From NCBI GenBank assembly GCA_964276515.1, contig OZ193910.1:558001-622000 (forward strand): a DNA stretch of 64,000 nt, in the 5' to 3' direction. This document shows positions 39,625 through 53,089 of this stretch, in pieces. The position numbers and the translations under genes are program-made. Position 1 is the stretch's first letter, and the number at the start of each line of letters is the position of its first letter. Below the pieces are notes generated by a model. That model was not told the DNA's origin. It ran no database searches and saw only the letters and a program-made list of their open reading frames with translations. The stretch comes from Gordius albopunctatus. Its lineage: Eukaryota.

Positions 39625-41167
39625 TAAATGCTTAAAAAAAGAAACATTTGTAATTGCTTGATAGCATTCTGGGTTTTCTGATCTATTTTCAAGTCATCAT
39701 AGATATTTATGTTTAAGTGAATTCCCTTTTCAAATTAAAACATTATACATGTAATATTACGATTTAAAGTTTATTTTTCGGTTGGTGATATTGTGGCTCT
39801 AGACCTAGAGGAGGGTAAAATTAAAGCTTGTAAACATGGGCGTCCCCAGGGGATCTCGGGGAAGGCTATAATAACAATTATGGCTAAATTTTCAAAAAAT
39901 GTTTATATTGCCCCCCAGCCCCTTCTGGTTCAAATCCTTTGATAAGTTTTTGTTTAATTATCAAAAATATTATTATACCTACCACCACCGTCTACCCTTC
40001 TGCCTCATTTAAGTGTATAATAGATGGCAAACACACGCGCATTCATTTCTAATCAAATAATGGGCAGCGTTAGATATGATGATGACGCGACGCCTAAAAA
40101 TTTGTTATTTACCCCGGCCCCCCGGCCCCCCTTTCATTTACCTTATATAAATAAACATACTATTTTTCAAATTATAATTTCCCCAAACTACCCTTTTCCT
40201 ATTTCCGTTTTATTGCAAAACTAACCCCGCTTCCTCCCTCATAATTGACTATCACGCCATCCTTTTTATACATGGATCCATTCATCCGACAATCTGGTAG
40301 GAGGAATTAAATCCAATTCTCATATGAATTAGAGGGACTAAAGGTTATAATGTCGGCCCGGTCCTGATCCGAATTGACTAAAGCAAACTAATTTTTTATT
40401 AAATATGATTTAAACAAACTCAAAGCTTCCGCCTTTTCCCCCCGTCTATTAAAATATTTTGACCTTAATTGCAAAACATAGTCCAATATTTATATATTAT
40501 TTTTAACTTGGAACGTGATTGGCTCAATGAATTGTAGCGAGTTGAAATTAAAATTTTACATCATGTCCGTGCAAGCTGAGCCCAACTGAGAAATTGCTAC
40601 GTGTTCGAGAAGAAGCGATCATTTTTTCAAAAGCGCGCAACGTAAAAATTGGTTAATCTTTGTTCATATCTCATGGTCATGCCAGTCCTTAAAGCCTAAA
40701 AAAGGAAATAAATCGCTTTTTAGCAAATGTGATTGCTCATCAAAACCCCAAATTTTTGATATGGGGGGGGGGTATTTGTTTATTTTGGCATTGGCCGGGG
40801 TTTAGTAAACAAAATAATTGGCAAATTACATATTTTGAAATGGACATTTCGCATCGTGAAATCTGAAGGTAGATTATTTCATTTTACTACTTCGATACAT
40901 ATTGTAAATCGATCGATTCATTAAGCAGAGTTTATTTCATTTTTATGCAATGACAAACAGCAGTTGTTGAACAATAAAAATTATATATGTAGGTAGTAGG
41001 TAGATAGATGCGCTTAACAAATTTATTAAAATTATGGGGCTAAAATTTTACAAAATTTTCCTTTTGACCCTAACCCTAAATCATTATTGCCCCCCCCTCT
41101 AATTCCAATTCTGGATACCCCCATGGTAATTATTATCCATGACATTTTCCTAATTAAGTGCGAGGAC

Positions 41168-41370
41168 TAGAGTTGTTAAAATGCTAACTTTCTTCAAACT
41201 TCAGGCGAGATCACGCTCACTGAGTTGCTTAATATGCGCGTTAGCACAATATGTGCTCGCTGTTCGGTGCACTAGGTGGAGCAGTAGCATATAAAAATGC
41301 TCGAGGGCCGAGCAGAAACTCGAGCAGATGGGAGCTGGCGCTGAAGAAAGTTAGCAATATAACAACTCTG
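41168..41370. mobile_element. hAT-derived MITE
   Basis: TAGAGTTGTT..TGCTAACTTTCTTCA / TGAAGAAAGTTAGCA..AACAACTCTG TIRs with a perfect 8-bp TSD GCGAGGAC. Confidence 0.88.
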
Positions 41371-42144
41371 GCGAGGACTTTTAAAAAAATACATATAAAT
41401 GTTTGCAAAATTTAGCTTATTCATCCGTTTTTCAGGCGGCTAAACGTAAATTAATTAATTAAATTTTAGCGAAAGTTAAAACCCCTTTTTATAAATATCA
41501 TAAAAGCATCATGATTGTAAAAAATTATTATTTTTTAAAATTTTCACAAATTCCCAGGCGAATATAATAGATGATTAACACGCGAGCTCGATATTTAGTG
41601 CAATTCACCTAATTGCATATTATCACTGATGATATTGATTTAACGAGATAGCGGGTAGTGATCGATCCCGGGCTGGCTCTCTGATTCAACGTTCAATATT
41701 GATGTAAAAACGGTAAATTAGTTGAGGAAGAGGCAATTTACTTCGTTAAACAAAGAAGTTAATGTTTTAAAATATCAGCCAAGTTATACCTGGGGCGGCA
41801 ATAATGATTTACGGTGGGGGGAATTTCCATTTTATGAAATTTTAGCAACCATAATTTTAATAATTTTCAACAATTTTTTGGATTTAGAGGGGGCAGCCCC
41901 CCCCCCCGCTAGCTACGCCCATGTGCATATTAGTATACTTTTATTATACAAGCTTTCATACGCGAGTTTAGTTTTAACACGCTAATTCGTAGTCGAGGTA
42001 CATTCACCTAATTTTTATTATATAGCTGCTGCCCGTTGTGTTAAATCGTTGCACAAATATTGGACAATCGCCATCTTGGTTTCGAGACTCATCCCGCTCG
42101 CCCAAGGCTCTAACGTGACCCTAGTGGCTGACCGGTTTACACCA

Positions 42145-45100
42145 ATGGCGACGGGTGGGGCGGAAGGGTATTGGGCCAAGAATGTGTTGTCGGCCATTTT
42201 GTCCAGCGATTTCATCCTGAATCAGATGTATTACGTGGTACTGATAGTCCCGGCAGCCTTGATTATATGCTACACCAAAAGGAGATACGGACAAGAGCCT
42301 GGTATTACTCACTCACTCACTCCTACCTTATTATTCATCGCTCTTATTTCACACATTTTTGCCTTATAAAAGGAGTAGTAAAAATAATTTTGATTCCTTT
42401 TTAACGTTCTCTATTATGTAGTAGCAAGCCTGAGTAAAGGTTTTGATCGGTAGTGTAGCCCGTTTAGTTAAGCCTTCTCTCCTATCCAATTAGTCTGTAG
42501 CTTTTACGCCCAGCAGTTCATAGGCGCTGCTATAACATGAAATGTGTTAAATGTGCACGGTAGAATCGGCCCCTGTATTGCTACGCGTATTCGCGCTCGA
42601 TCATAGACCTCTGTCGTGGGGCAGAGGAGATGAGAGGAGGCGGGCTTTGCGCAGGACTTATCAAGATGGCCACCGGCATCTGGACGAAGAGACACGTGAC
42701 TTATTGAAGGGCCACGACGATAAACCGGAATCGAACGGTCACGTTATCATATCAATTTCCCCGACAACCAAGGCGAACGGTCACGTAACGACCGGGCTAG
42801 GCAAAGGGGAAGGCAGTCCGGCTGGATCATCGTCGTCGTCTTCTTCTAAAATAGCCCAACTGGTTGGTTGTTTTTTTGGTCTTCAAGCCGTTTTCCTGAC
42901 CTGGGGTTTGGTTCAAGAGAAGATAGTGACGAAGCCTTACGCCTCCTCCGTCTCCCCCACTACCTACGATAGATTCACGGATTCTCAATTTCTCGTCTTC
43001 TCCAACAAAGTGTCCGGTTTCCTATTGGCAGCCATTTATCTCACTTCCCGCGCCATCCGCTCACTAACTCGGGAAAAGTTGTTATCCTCGCAGCGATCAG
43101 GAGGAGAAGAAGAAAGCGGTGGTACCCTATCGCCCGCCTTGTACCGTTACGCCTTCGCCTCCCTCTCCAACGTGGTGAGCAGCTGGTGTCAATACGAAGC
43201 CCTGCGTTTCGTAACATTTCCCACCCAAGTCCTTTTCAAATCGGGTAAAATAATCCCGGCCATGTTGATGAATCGTCTCATAAGCACGTGTTCCGGAACC
43301 GTTCCTAAAAAGAAGTACAACGGGCTGGATTACGCCTCGGCCGCTTTGGTCAGTCTTGGCATCAGCGCTTTCCTACTCTCGAAGCGATGGGAATCACCCT
43401 CGGGTATTTATATATCTCACACATTGGCATGGGCGTCACTAAGAGGGGCGATTATTACCCCCCTCTAATTCCAACGCTGGCTACGCCCATGTTTATATCA
43501 CACCACACATTTGATAATTGTGAGTAAATCGTGTTGTAAAACGGGTGGGGGTTTTTGTTCAGCTTCAGCCTTGTGTTTTAGTCGACTACGCATGAGCAGA
43601 CCAACGGTTTGAGCAAAAAATCTCAGGTCTGCTCTAGGGATGGATATTTTCCCGGGAAATTTGCTTAAGGAAAAATTCACGGGAAATAATGGGGAAAAAC
43701 GGGAATTAAGGGGAAAAAACAAGAAATTAAGGGGAAATAACGAGCAAGACAGGTAAATTAGTATAAAAAAATGTTCATGAGTATGATTAAGATTAATAAA
43801 ATTTATTAGTCAAACAATATAAAGAAGCAAATACAAGAAAATGATAAATTGATATAAATCATAGTTATAAATATTAAATATCAGAATCTTCGTTGAGTGA
43901 AGACATTGACTCGTCAGAAGATGATACCACAATTGTTTTTGAATCTAAATTTATGGTTTGATTCAAATGCAAATTGCTATAAACTTTTGTGATCCAATTT
44001 CTTGCATCACTTTTAAAAATTCCCCAGATATGTGTTCTCCAGTGTCAGCATTTGATCCTGTATCAATAGATTAAAAAAAAATTGGTTTAGGTGTCATTAT
44101 TATGAAGTTAATGATTGATTCTCCTCATATGTTTGTCCACCCATCACTGACTAATGTAAAGTTTGAGGCAGAGTTAGTTTTTTCATTTATAATCATCGTT
44201 ATCTTGTCAAATTGTTTATCTAGCAATGGACCACCTAGGACTTTCTGGAAGTGGGTTTGTATGAAGGTTTTATAAGTTTGAAAAATTCCTTCCAATATGG
44301 ATTCTCGGTAATATTGAAGGGTCAGTTAGACATGTAAATAGCCAATGCTAATTTTTTATCTAATTTCTCTTGCTGAGTTTGGGTCATGCTATCAAAGTAT
44401 CTAATAATATTGGATGTTGATGGTTTTAGGTCACATGAAGCAGATGTTTGTTGTATAGGGCATTTTTCAAGCATTACCTCACAAATTGATGATTGTGGAG
44501 AGGGGGGGCATTAAGAAAACTTCTTGACAATTCTTTTCCTTTATAAAATCTGGGCACTTAGCTATATGATTTGTCATTTTGGTTGAGTTTGGAAATGTAT
44601 ATTTTAAATTGCAATAATTGCAAACAGCAATACAACCTTTCTTATTTGAAGATAAATGCTTAGAAAAATGTTTCCAAATGTCAGATGTTTTTCTTGGCAT
44701 CTATTAGTCAAAAAAACTAACTATTAGTCAAAAAATAAGTTTAATAATATTAAATTTTTACATTTATTGTTTTCAAAGGATTACAGATTATTTTTACCAG
44801 AATTGTGTGTAAATTCAGTTTAAATAAAATGTAGAAATTTTAATTTAGTTAGATATAACAAATACTTGTATATCAAAAAACTAAATACTAGCATAAAATA
44901 AATATCTATTTAAGATTACTTGATTTGAAGTTGGTAAAAATATTTTCACAGTTAATGGGAATAAAAATATAATAGATTTTGCTAAATATTTTAAATATTC
45001 AAGCATATGTAAATTTACCTGTTAATATAACTTAAAAGCTTATCTAGGATTATTGTAATAATTAATTTCAGTCTAGATTGCAAATTCTCTAATGTTAAAT

Positions 45101-46108
45101 AAAAAGTTGATATATTTTTTAAATATTACTTATACTTACTATTAAGTTGGTATATAATATTTTCAGATTTAGAGTAAAATGGCAATATAATATTTAAATG
45201 ATTTTGCTAAACATTGGGGAAAAGTCCCATTGTGCCATCCCTAGTCTGCTCATGCCACCAAGAATAACAGAGCAAAAGAGGTTTGGCTTGATTATGTTTA
45301 GTGGACTGAAACCAAAGGCTGAATCTGAACAAAAGCCCCCACCCGTTTTTACAACACAACACTATGTAGTGTAACTCATAGCTAAATCACAAGTCTAAAC
45401 ATTTGGTTTAAGATAATTGAAGTCGTAATTTTATCACATGACTTAGGTGCGCGAGAGAAGTTGTGGCCGATGGGTAGTAATTCCATGCTGGGCATCACTT
45501 TACTCACGCTCTACGTCATCTTCGACAGCTTCACTTCCAATTGGCAGGGACAAATATTTCAAGAATTCAACGCACCCAAAGCAGCAGCTGGAGGAAGGGG
45601 CGGTGGTCCCCAAAAGAAGAGCCGCAAAGTAGTAACCTCTTGGGACATGATGTGTTACGTCAACCTCTATTCTAGCCTATTCACGGGCTCCAGCCTCATT
45701 TTTAAATCATCCGAGGCCGGCTTAAGTAGTCTGTCCAACACCCTCACATTCGCCCTACAACATCCCGCCTTCATCTTCGACTTGACCGCTCTATCACTCT
45801 GCTCCGCGCTCGGGCAAGTTTTCATATTTCTCACCATATCAACGTTCGGACCCGTCGCTTTCGTTACCATGATGACGATCAGACAAGGTTTCGCGGTTTT
45901 GCTCTCTTGCCTCATCTACGGTCATCGCATAGGAATGCTAGGCTATGCCGGAGTCCTTTTAGTGTTCGTAGCACTTTTTGGCAAAATATACTTGACCTCG
46001 GGTCCCTCCTTTCAAACTCTGCTCCGTTCCGCCTCTCGATTGGTCAAGCAAACACGGCTCTCCCTAACCACCCGCAACAAAAGGGCTAAACGATATTGCC
46101 TCTTTTAA
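42145..46108 (+). CDS. SLC35B2: PAPS transporter 1 (SLC35B2/slalom), three coding exons; start codon uncertain
   Basis: CFFGLQAVFLTWGLVQEKIVT..Y, FTDSQFLVFSN, YAFASLSNVVSSWCQYEALRFVTFPTQVLFKSGKIIPAMLM, FDSFTSNWQ, SALGQVFIFLTISTFGP..MTIRQ. Phase-1 introns at about 42302-42563 and 43403-45446. Confidence 0.93.
43529..45365. mobile_element. hAT-type MITE (GTGTTGTAAAA termini) split by a nested hAT
   Basis: GTGTTGTAAAACGGGTGGGGGTTTTTGTTCAG.TTCAGCC on the left and GGCTGAATCTGAACAAAAGCCCCCACCCGTTTTTACAACAC on the right. No clean TSD found. Confidence 0.75.
43635..45243 (-). mobile_element. Defective hAT element (BED finger plus DUF659-like transposase relic)
   Basis: TAGGGATGG...CCATCCCTA TIRs with a perfect 8-bp TSD GTCTGCTC. 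ORF 44479-44700 has WKHF..CNYC..NSTKMTNHIAKC, and the downstream relic includes TLVSDGWTN. Confidence 0.9.
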
Positions 46109-46821
46109 CTCATCTCGCCAAAGGACGTGCTCATTCATGGGCGTAGCCAGTTGCCCCCCCCTCTAAATTCAAAAGTTTGTTGAAATTTTTAAAAATTATG
46201 GCAAACATTTTAAAAAATGTTTATTTTGCCCCCATCCCCCCACACTTTAAAAATCCTGGCTCCGCCCAGAAATGTTCTCGTTGTTACAATCAAAACAATG
46301 CTTCAACCGTGCAATGCCAAAGACTGTGAATGAATACACAAACCCATACAGGCATAACAATACTTTTGATATACTCTGCTAAAGGAGAACGCGTTCTAAT
46401 CACTCATTTTAACCCGGTCATTCTTAATGTAATCTACGTCTACATATGTGTGCGTGTGTCCTTTTGTCGATTGTATTGTTAGACGAGTTGGCATTAACGA
46501 CATTTTATCGAACGTATAATTTATATATTGTGATATTATTTGTAACCAAATCGTATTTTACCAACTTTTTACCTTACCTATTTCTATTACCACCCTCGTA
46601 TATTTTTAAACAACAAAATAGCATAGAATTTGGGGCATTAATAAATGTATGGGTATATATCATTGCTTTTTTTTGCCTTTCTTTTTGGTCCAATCAATTC
46701 TTATAAATAATTTAGAAGCTAACTTTTGCACGGGCGTTGCCAGGATTGGAACGTGGGGTGGGGGTCAAATGACTGTAATTTTAACCATAGTTAAATGAAA
46801 TTTTAAAGTATATTCATGGAT

Positions 46822-47451
46822 TTAAGCCCTTTTCATCTTGTTTGAAAAATCTACAACGTTTTTAGGTCGAATTCGGTTCTAATTAAAAATTTAAAACGAT
46901 TTCGGCTGTGGTTGAGATCACAAGTGACTTTTCAGATATTAAATGGTGCCTTGCTAAATCTTCGTTGACTTAAAAGAGGGTTGCTTTTTAAACATTACAG
47001 ACAAATTCGCCCATTTCCATTATAATATTAATGCACGGTGAGGAAATATTCCTTGAAATCATATTCATGTCAGGTACTACACAAAATAAATTATATATAG
47101 GTGAAGCGATAATTATGATAAAAATAGTATCTGAATCAACTGAGTACTTCGGACCTCGCTAGCCGATTGGGGCCCTTTTGTGGTGGCTTAAACCTAGGCT
47201 CTTCTCTACACTTCGTAAAGAAGTAGTTCATTTGCTACGCAATTCAAGCAGGGTTGAAAAGAAACAGACCCAGTGTTTGGGGGCCTGGCTACATGCTGAC
47301 ACCTGTTGCTCCAAGTTATTGCTGCTAAGTATTTCTGCAAAAAGTAGTTCCAATAGGGGCCTACTGACAAAAGTTCCGTTTTGCGGGCAATCGTTTGTTT
47401 TCATTCCTATTCTTCTAAAAAACGTCAAACTTTTGCAGGAAAAGGCGTTAA
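46822..47451. mobile_element. Possible degenerate piggyBac-type non-autonomous element
   Basis: TTAAGCCCTTTTC at the left end and GAAAAGGCGTTAA at the right: short imperfect TIRs bounded by TTAA. No transposase seen. Confidence 0.3.
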
Positions 47452-48637
47452 ACGGTTAAAATGTAACGCTTTCCCCCTTACTTCCGGCCTTCTTTATTAT
47501 ATAAAATTGCTGAATCTCACGTTTTAAAGGGGATCATCTAGGTCAATGCTCAAGTTTCACAATAATGGTAAATGTTTGGGGGAAGATGGGGACACATAAA
47601 GGCTTTCATGCGTAACCCCGAAACCTACCCCAGAGCAATTTGTGTCATTTTTGGAGGCAAAGAATTTAAAATAATTTTTGGGTCGAGTTGAAAATGTGAA
47701 TGACACGGGGGGTTAAAAACGATGACGAGTACATTACAATTTTGTCCCAGAATGAGCCCATAAAGTGCATAGGGTTATGAATCTTACATTGCAGAATACA
47801 CAGGACATATCTTTAAAAATAATGCTGCTATTATGTATAATACTTTTAATTATCATCGGAATTTATAATTGAACATCATTCAGTTCATTTAAATTCCTTT
47901 CCTTTTTTTAAATCTGATTGTTTGAACACAAACTTAAATTTTACCCGTGAAAGGTAAAATAATATATCAACAAAACAATATTTTTAAATTGTATTTAAAT
48001 AATGTGAAGTGGTTTAATTTAAACTACACAGGCGGGTAGCCAGGATCTTCTCAAGGGGATACAAAATTTCCATTTTTCAATCTTAGACATAATTTGAGAA
48101 AATATCTAAGATTTTTTAAATTGAGGGGGGCAGCTGGCCCTCCCTGCCTACGCTCACCTCATTTTTTTAAACACACTTTTGGGTCGGGTCGGGTTGAAAA
48201 ATAATTACTTTGCAGTTCTCTAATACTTGCTTACTTTTTGATTTTGGCAAAACAATCCACTCACTTCGTGTTTGAATTAAATGGAGCAAATACAAAGAAA
48301 GTCTGGTTTGGGAAAAACATAACAATTGTCTCCAGGGTTTGTGTAATATCATTCAGCTCTCATTATTTTTTAATTAAGCAATTTGCAAATAATACAAAAT
48401 ATATAACTTTAATTTTTAAAAAATTTTGAAATGTATAAAGATTAATAAATATACACTCTTCACAATATATTCATGAAGGCAAAATAAAACAATTGTACAC
48501 AAATATTTATTTTATACTATATATTGTCTCATAGTCTATAAACAATTATTGAGAACATTTTTGTGATATATTTTAAAATTTAAATAAAGATATTAAAGGT
48601 GATTTGAGTTCAGTAAAAGATACTGATAGTTGCATTT

Positions 48638-49320
48638 TCATAATTCAACAGAAATTGTTTTATTTGAGGATTTAAATTGTCTAGATTAATAATTATTATT
48701 GTTAGGCAATGTTAAGATTTACTCATAAGGTATTTTGGCCATGTCTAACAAAATCCTAGAAGCAATGTTTGCTGGAGAGTCAGGATGCTTATCTTGTTTA
48801 TAAATTATTTTAGTTATACCGGATTGAATAATCAGTTTTGCACATTCATTACAAGGAAACAAGGTAACATACATGTTACATCCCTTAGCATCAAAAGAAT
48901 TTTTATTTAAAATACAATTCATTTCAGCATGACACACTTTTAATAAAAAAAATATTTAATTGTAATTTAAATAAACTTACCATACATATATTTTGTTTTT
49001 AACACATTATCATCATGTTTTGCCCATGGAAGTAAGTCATCACTACAATTTATGGGCATGCCATTGTATCCTATTCCAATAATTTTTTTATCTGGGTTGA
49101 CCAAACATGCGCCTACCTAAGAAATTGTTTAATGGTTCTGGCTTTATACCTGTGTGTTTGGATCTTTACTCCTTTGAGCAGATAAAATCGCGATTGACAT
49201 GAAATATTCATCCCATAATAAATAATCTGTCCTTTTTGTTACGCGAACACGTTTTTCTTCAAGATGGTTTTTATCTTCCATATGATTTTTCTTTTGAGAC
49301 AAATGGGAACATAACGACAT
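48638..49320 (-). CDS. DCTD: dCMP deaminase, four exons
   Basis: [83 protein letters not shown], including the HAE and PCxxC zinc motifs. Confidence 0.96.
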
Positions 49321-49830
49321 TCTTCAGAAATTGTTTTCCAAATATTTTTAATAGCTAAATACATATAATATTTAAGACTATTGAAATAAAAAATATATAC
49401 GAGGGCAAAACTTAATAAATACCGTGCACGCGAGGGGGCCCACTATTGGCGAGGAATTAGATGAACGTTGCGATTTAAAGACAACAATTTGTTTGGCACA
49501 AAGTTACGAATTATTTTGAATGACCTTAAAGATCCAGAGCATAAAGCGCCAATCGGGAAAAATATTGAATTAAAGGAGAGCCTCGTGTTTGATCAATGTG
49601 CTAATTTTTGCATAGGTGTTATGAAACTTTTTTTTTTGAAGGCTAAGATGTCTATGATGGTAAAATCCAATTCATGGATTAGACCATTTTAGCGATGTCA
49701 GCATAAGGCGTCGAGTATCATATCTATAACGGACAAAATTTTAGCTCTACCCAAGGGGGCTTGAATGAGGGAATTTAATTTTTTTTGTCCTATATATCTG
49801 AATTAATAGCAATTTAAGGGGTGCTTGGTT

Positions 49831-50218
49831 GTTGGCGTTTTTTTCACCCAGCCTTTTCAGTGTTAGGTGAATTTTCTTGGGAGGGCTTTGGCGTTTTCGT
49901 AAAAAACACCCAAAGCGTTTTGGGTGAATTTATTTGGGCCATCTTTGGCGTTTAGCTTTGGGTGTATTAAACACCTAAAGGGTTTGGGTGGATAATATCA
50001 TTAACCTTTTGGTTTGGTTTTGGTCTTTTTGGGTTGGGCATGCAAATATATCAATTTGTTTATATGTATTATTATCATATTTGCTGTATTTAGATTTAGG
50101 TAATGAACTTTTAATTTAAGAAAATAAATGTATCATGACGTCACTGATTGGAAACATTTCCCATTGTGACGTCATAATGAAAAGTATTATAATCTAATCT
50201 CTAGTAAATTATAGTTAA
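49831..50218. repeat. Left arm of a ~390-bp inverted repeat (partner at 56110-56503)
   Basis: GTTGGCGTTTTTTTCACCCAGCC...CTCTAGTAAATTATAGTTAA is closely matched by the reverse complement of 56110-56503. Confidence 0.93.
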
Positions 50219-50625
50219 CGAGCTAAAAAACAATTCTTAATTGTTTCAGAGATATCCCTATTTTATCCCTTTGTTCGCCTTTATTATTTTTACATGCAAT
50301 CTTTCTATTTTTAACTTGAAAATGTATTAATAAGTTAATGCTAGTTTAAATAATTAAAGAAATTTGAAAAATAGTTAATCGAATTAGGAATTAGGATCCT
50401 TATTTAAATATTCGACGAATCTCGTATCAAATATTTGATTAAAAAACCATGGGCGTAATCTCAGAAAATATGGAGCTAGAGTTGGGTAAATAAATATATT
50501 TGCTAAATATTACTATTTTCCTTATTATTAAATATTCAACCTTAAAAATGATATTTACAAAACAGTTTTGTTTATAGGGAAACTTAGCATAGAGTGTTAT
50601 TCGGTTTTAGATTATTAATTACAAA

Positions 50626-50902
50626 CTGGCCGGGAAATGTCCGATATTTTTAAAACGAAAAGGTATTTTAGGAATCTAAAAAGCTATTTTACCCCTGGCA
50701 TCCCTGGGTATCTACGGCTAAATTTTCGCGCGAATCGGGCCGGTAGTTTAATAATTTAGCCCTTTTTAAACCGAAATGTCCGATATTTTTAAAACTAAAA
50801 GGAATTTTAGGATTCTGAAAAAGCTATTTTACCCCTGGCCGCCTTGGGCATGTACGGTTAAATTTTCGCGCGAATCGGGCAGGTAGTTTCAGAATTTAGC
50901 CC

Positions 50903-50933
<31 letters not shown>

Positions 50934-51272
50934 CATACATACATACATACATACATACATACATACATACATACATACATACATACATACATACATACAT
51001 ACATACATACATACATACATACATACATACATACATACATACATACATACATACATACATACATACATACATACATACATACATACATACATACATACAT
51101 ACATACATACATACATACATACATACATACATACATACATACATACATACATACATACATACATACATACATACATACATACATACATACATACATACAT
51201 ACATACATACATACATACATACATACATACATACATACATACCTACCTACCTACCTACCTACCTACCTACCT
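50626..51272 (-). mobile_element. Helitron-family copy (same family as 39383-39624) with an internal duplication and expanded microsatellite
   Basis: CTGGCCGGGAAATGTCCGATA..AAAAGCTATTTTA..CCTGGC..GGTAGTTTCAGAATTTAGC is the reverse complement of 39430-39545 and is present as two ~140-bp tandem copies. The element ends were not resolved. Confidence 0.75.
50905..51272. repeat. Compound microsatellite (ACAT)84(ACCT)8
   Basis: Perfect ACAT at 50905-51240, then ACCT at 51241-51272. Confidence 0.98.
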
Positions 51273-51943
51273 AATTTTTACCCTCTTTCTGATGCGGGGA
51301 GAGGGGGGCAGGTGTGGTGTTTTGCCCCCCCCCCTATTTTTTTAAACCTATTTCTGATTACGGGCTGAGGGGGGGGGGCGGAAAGCCCTTTTTAACCCTT
51401 TCAAAATATTTTTGTGAATTTTTGCCTTCACAGTGGTGACAAATGTCATAATCAACATTTTCTATTGAAATTAATTTTTTTATTTGAAAATAGACTTATT
51501 ATATGACAAATATTTTCTATGTATTATTAAATATAATATTTATATAAAGTTTTACCAATTTAAAAAAATTTCCCATCACGGGTAAGTAAATTTTACTATT
51601 AAAGTTATCTGGGTATTTAATGGAAAATCTTAAGGTATTTCCAAAAAGCATATCATGTTATTAATTACTATGCTTTCACAAGACAGACACCAACACTCTT
51701 TCTCCTGTTGACTTAGCTTAGACCTCGCGTTTACAATGCTTATAAGAATCATAAAAATATAGGACTTTTCTGAGTAACAAAAATGAGTTAAGCATCTTAA
51801 TTTAAATTATTGCTTATTATTTAATAAGAAACCTAATTTTCTAATTGCTTATGACTTAATTAGTAGTTGACATAATAAAAAAGTTTAATTTTCATTTACT
51901 TTATTTATAATAATAAGATTCACAACTTCTACATACCTTGATA

Positions 51944-53089
51944 CATGGGCGTAGCCAGCTTTTGAATTAGGGGGGGGCAGATAACAAAAATAAATTCCTT
52001 GACTATCCAAAAAATTTTCCTGAGAGCAAAAAAAAAGTCTCGCCTATCCAAAAAAAATTCCGGATTTAAATTTGGCTAATTGGGGGGAGGGCAGCGCCTT
52101 AGATTCTAACTTTCATTAAATCCTATAGACGAACACAACTCGTTCTTTCCATCCAGCTCTACACTTTCCACTTGGCATGCTAAAATTGTTAATACAATTT
52201 ATATTATGAATCTTATTATTAAATTAAAAATTAAATTCACAACAATTATATATTTTTTAACTAAGCTTAAATTCTAACTTTTTTTCATTTATTTCGATCT
52301 ATAAAGTATTGTATACTGCTTCCCTTTAAATTTTTTTGTTTCACAAAGCCCTCGTTAAATCTCTAATTATTTGAATTTCTTTATCCTTTCCCTTCCCCAT
52401 AAAGGGTGACCCTTGATCTTTGAAGGAAACAATGCGCTGTAAATTTCAATAGCTAAAAAACCTTGTTTTCTTGTATTAAGCTATTTTGGGTATTAATAAC
52501 TATAAAAAATAATCAATATTCATAATCAGATTAATGTAATATAAAATATACCTGCATAAATTACTATTTTTAAATCACACAATTATTTAAATAAATTTAA
52601 AGTATTTCATAATTTTTTTCTGAAATTTATATATAATTAATAAATATGTCCAAAATTATTAAAGCAAAACACATAAAATTTTCAAAAAAAGTCTTTGCTA
52701 AATAATTAAAATACTGAAATAAATATTATCAAATGTCAATAAAGATTCAAAATAAAAATTTTTAACTTACCGTTTTTAATAAAGTATGTACGAATATCCA
52801 TTAAATTTGAAATTGTTAGGGAAATTAATTTGTATGTATTTATGTATTAATTTTAGGAATAGGAAATAAATAATGACTACACAAACACAATCGCAACTAG
52901 TAATCTAAAATCTCAAATTTAGATTTAATTTTACCAAAAGAATTTAAATTTATGTGTAAATTCGCTAATATAAGCCTCTGTATTTATTTGAGTTAAGTTC
53001 AAATAGGGGGGGGGGCAAAACATAAGTTTTTTTTTAATTTTTAAGGGTTTTTGTATCGCCCCCCCCCCTGCCCCCTGGCTATGCCCATG
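51944..53089. mobile_element. Long (1.15-kb) member of the CATGGGCGTAGCCAG family
   Basis: CATGGGCGTAGCCAG...CTGGCTATGCCCATG TIRs with an 8-bp TSD CCTTGATA/CCTTTATA (7/8 match). Confidence 0.8.

Noticed and set aside
50889..51240. Three MYVC-repeat ORFs
   Set aside because: These are translation artefacts of the (ACAT)n microsatellite.
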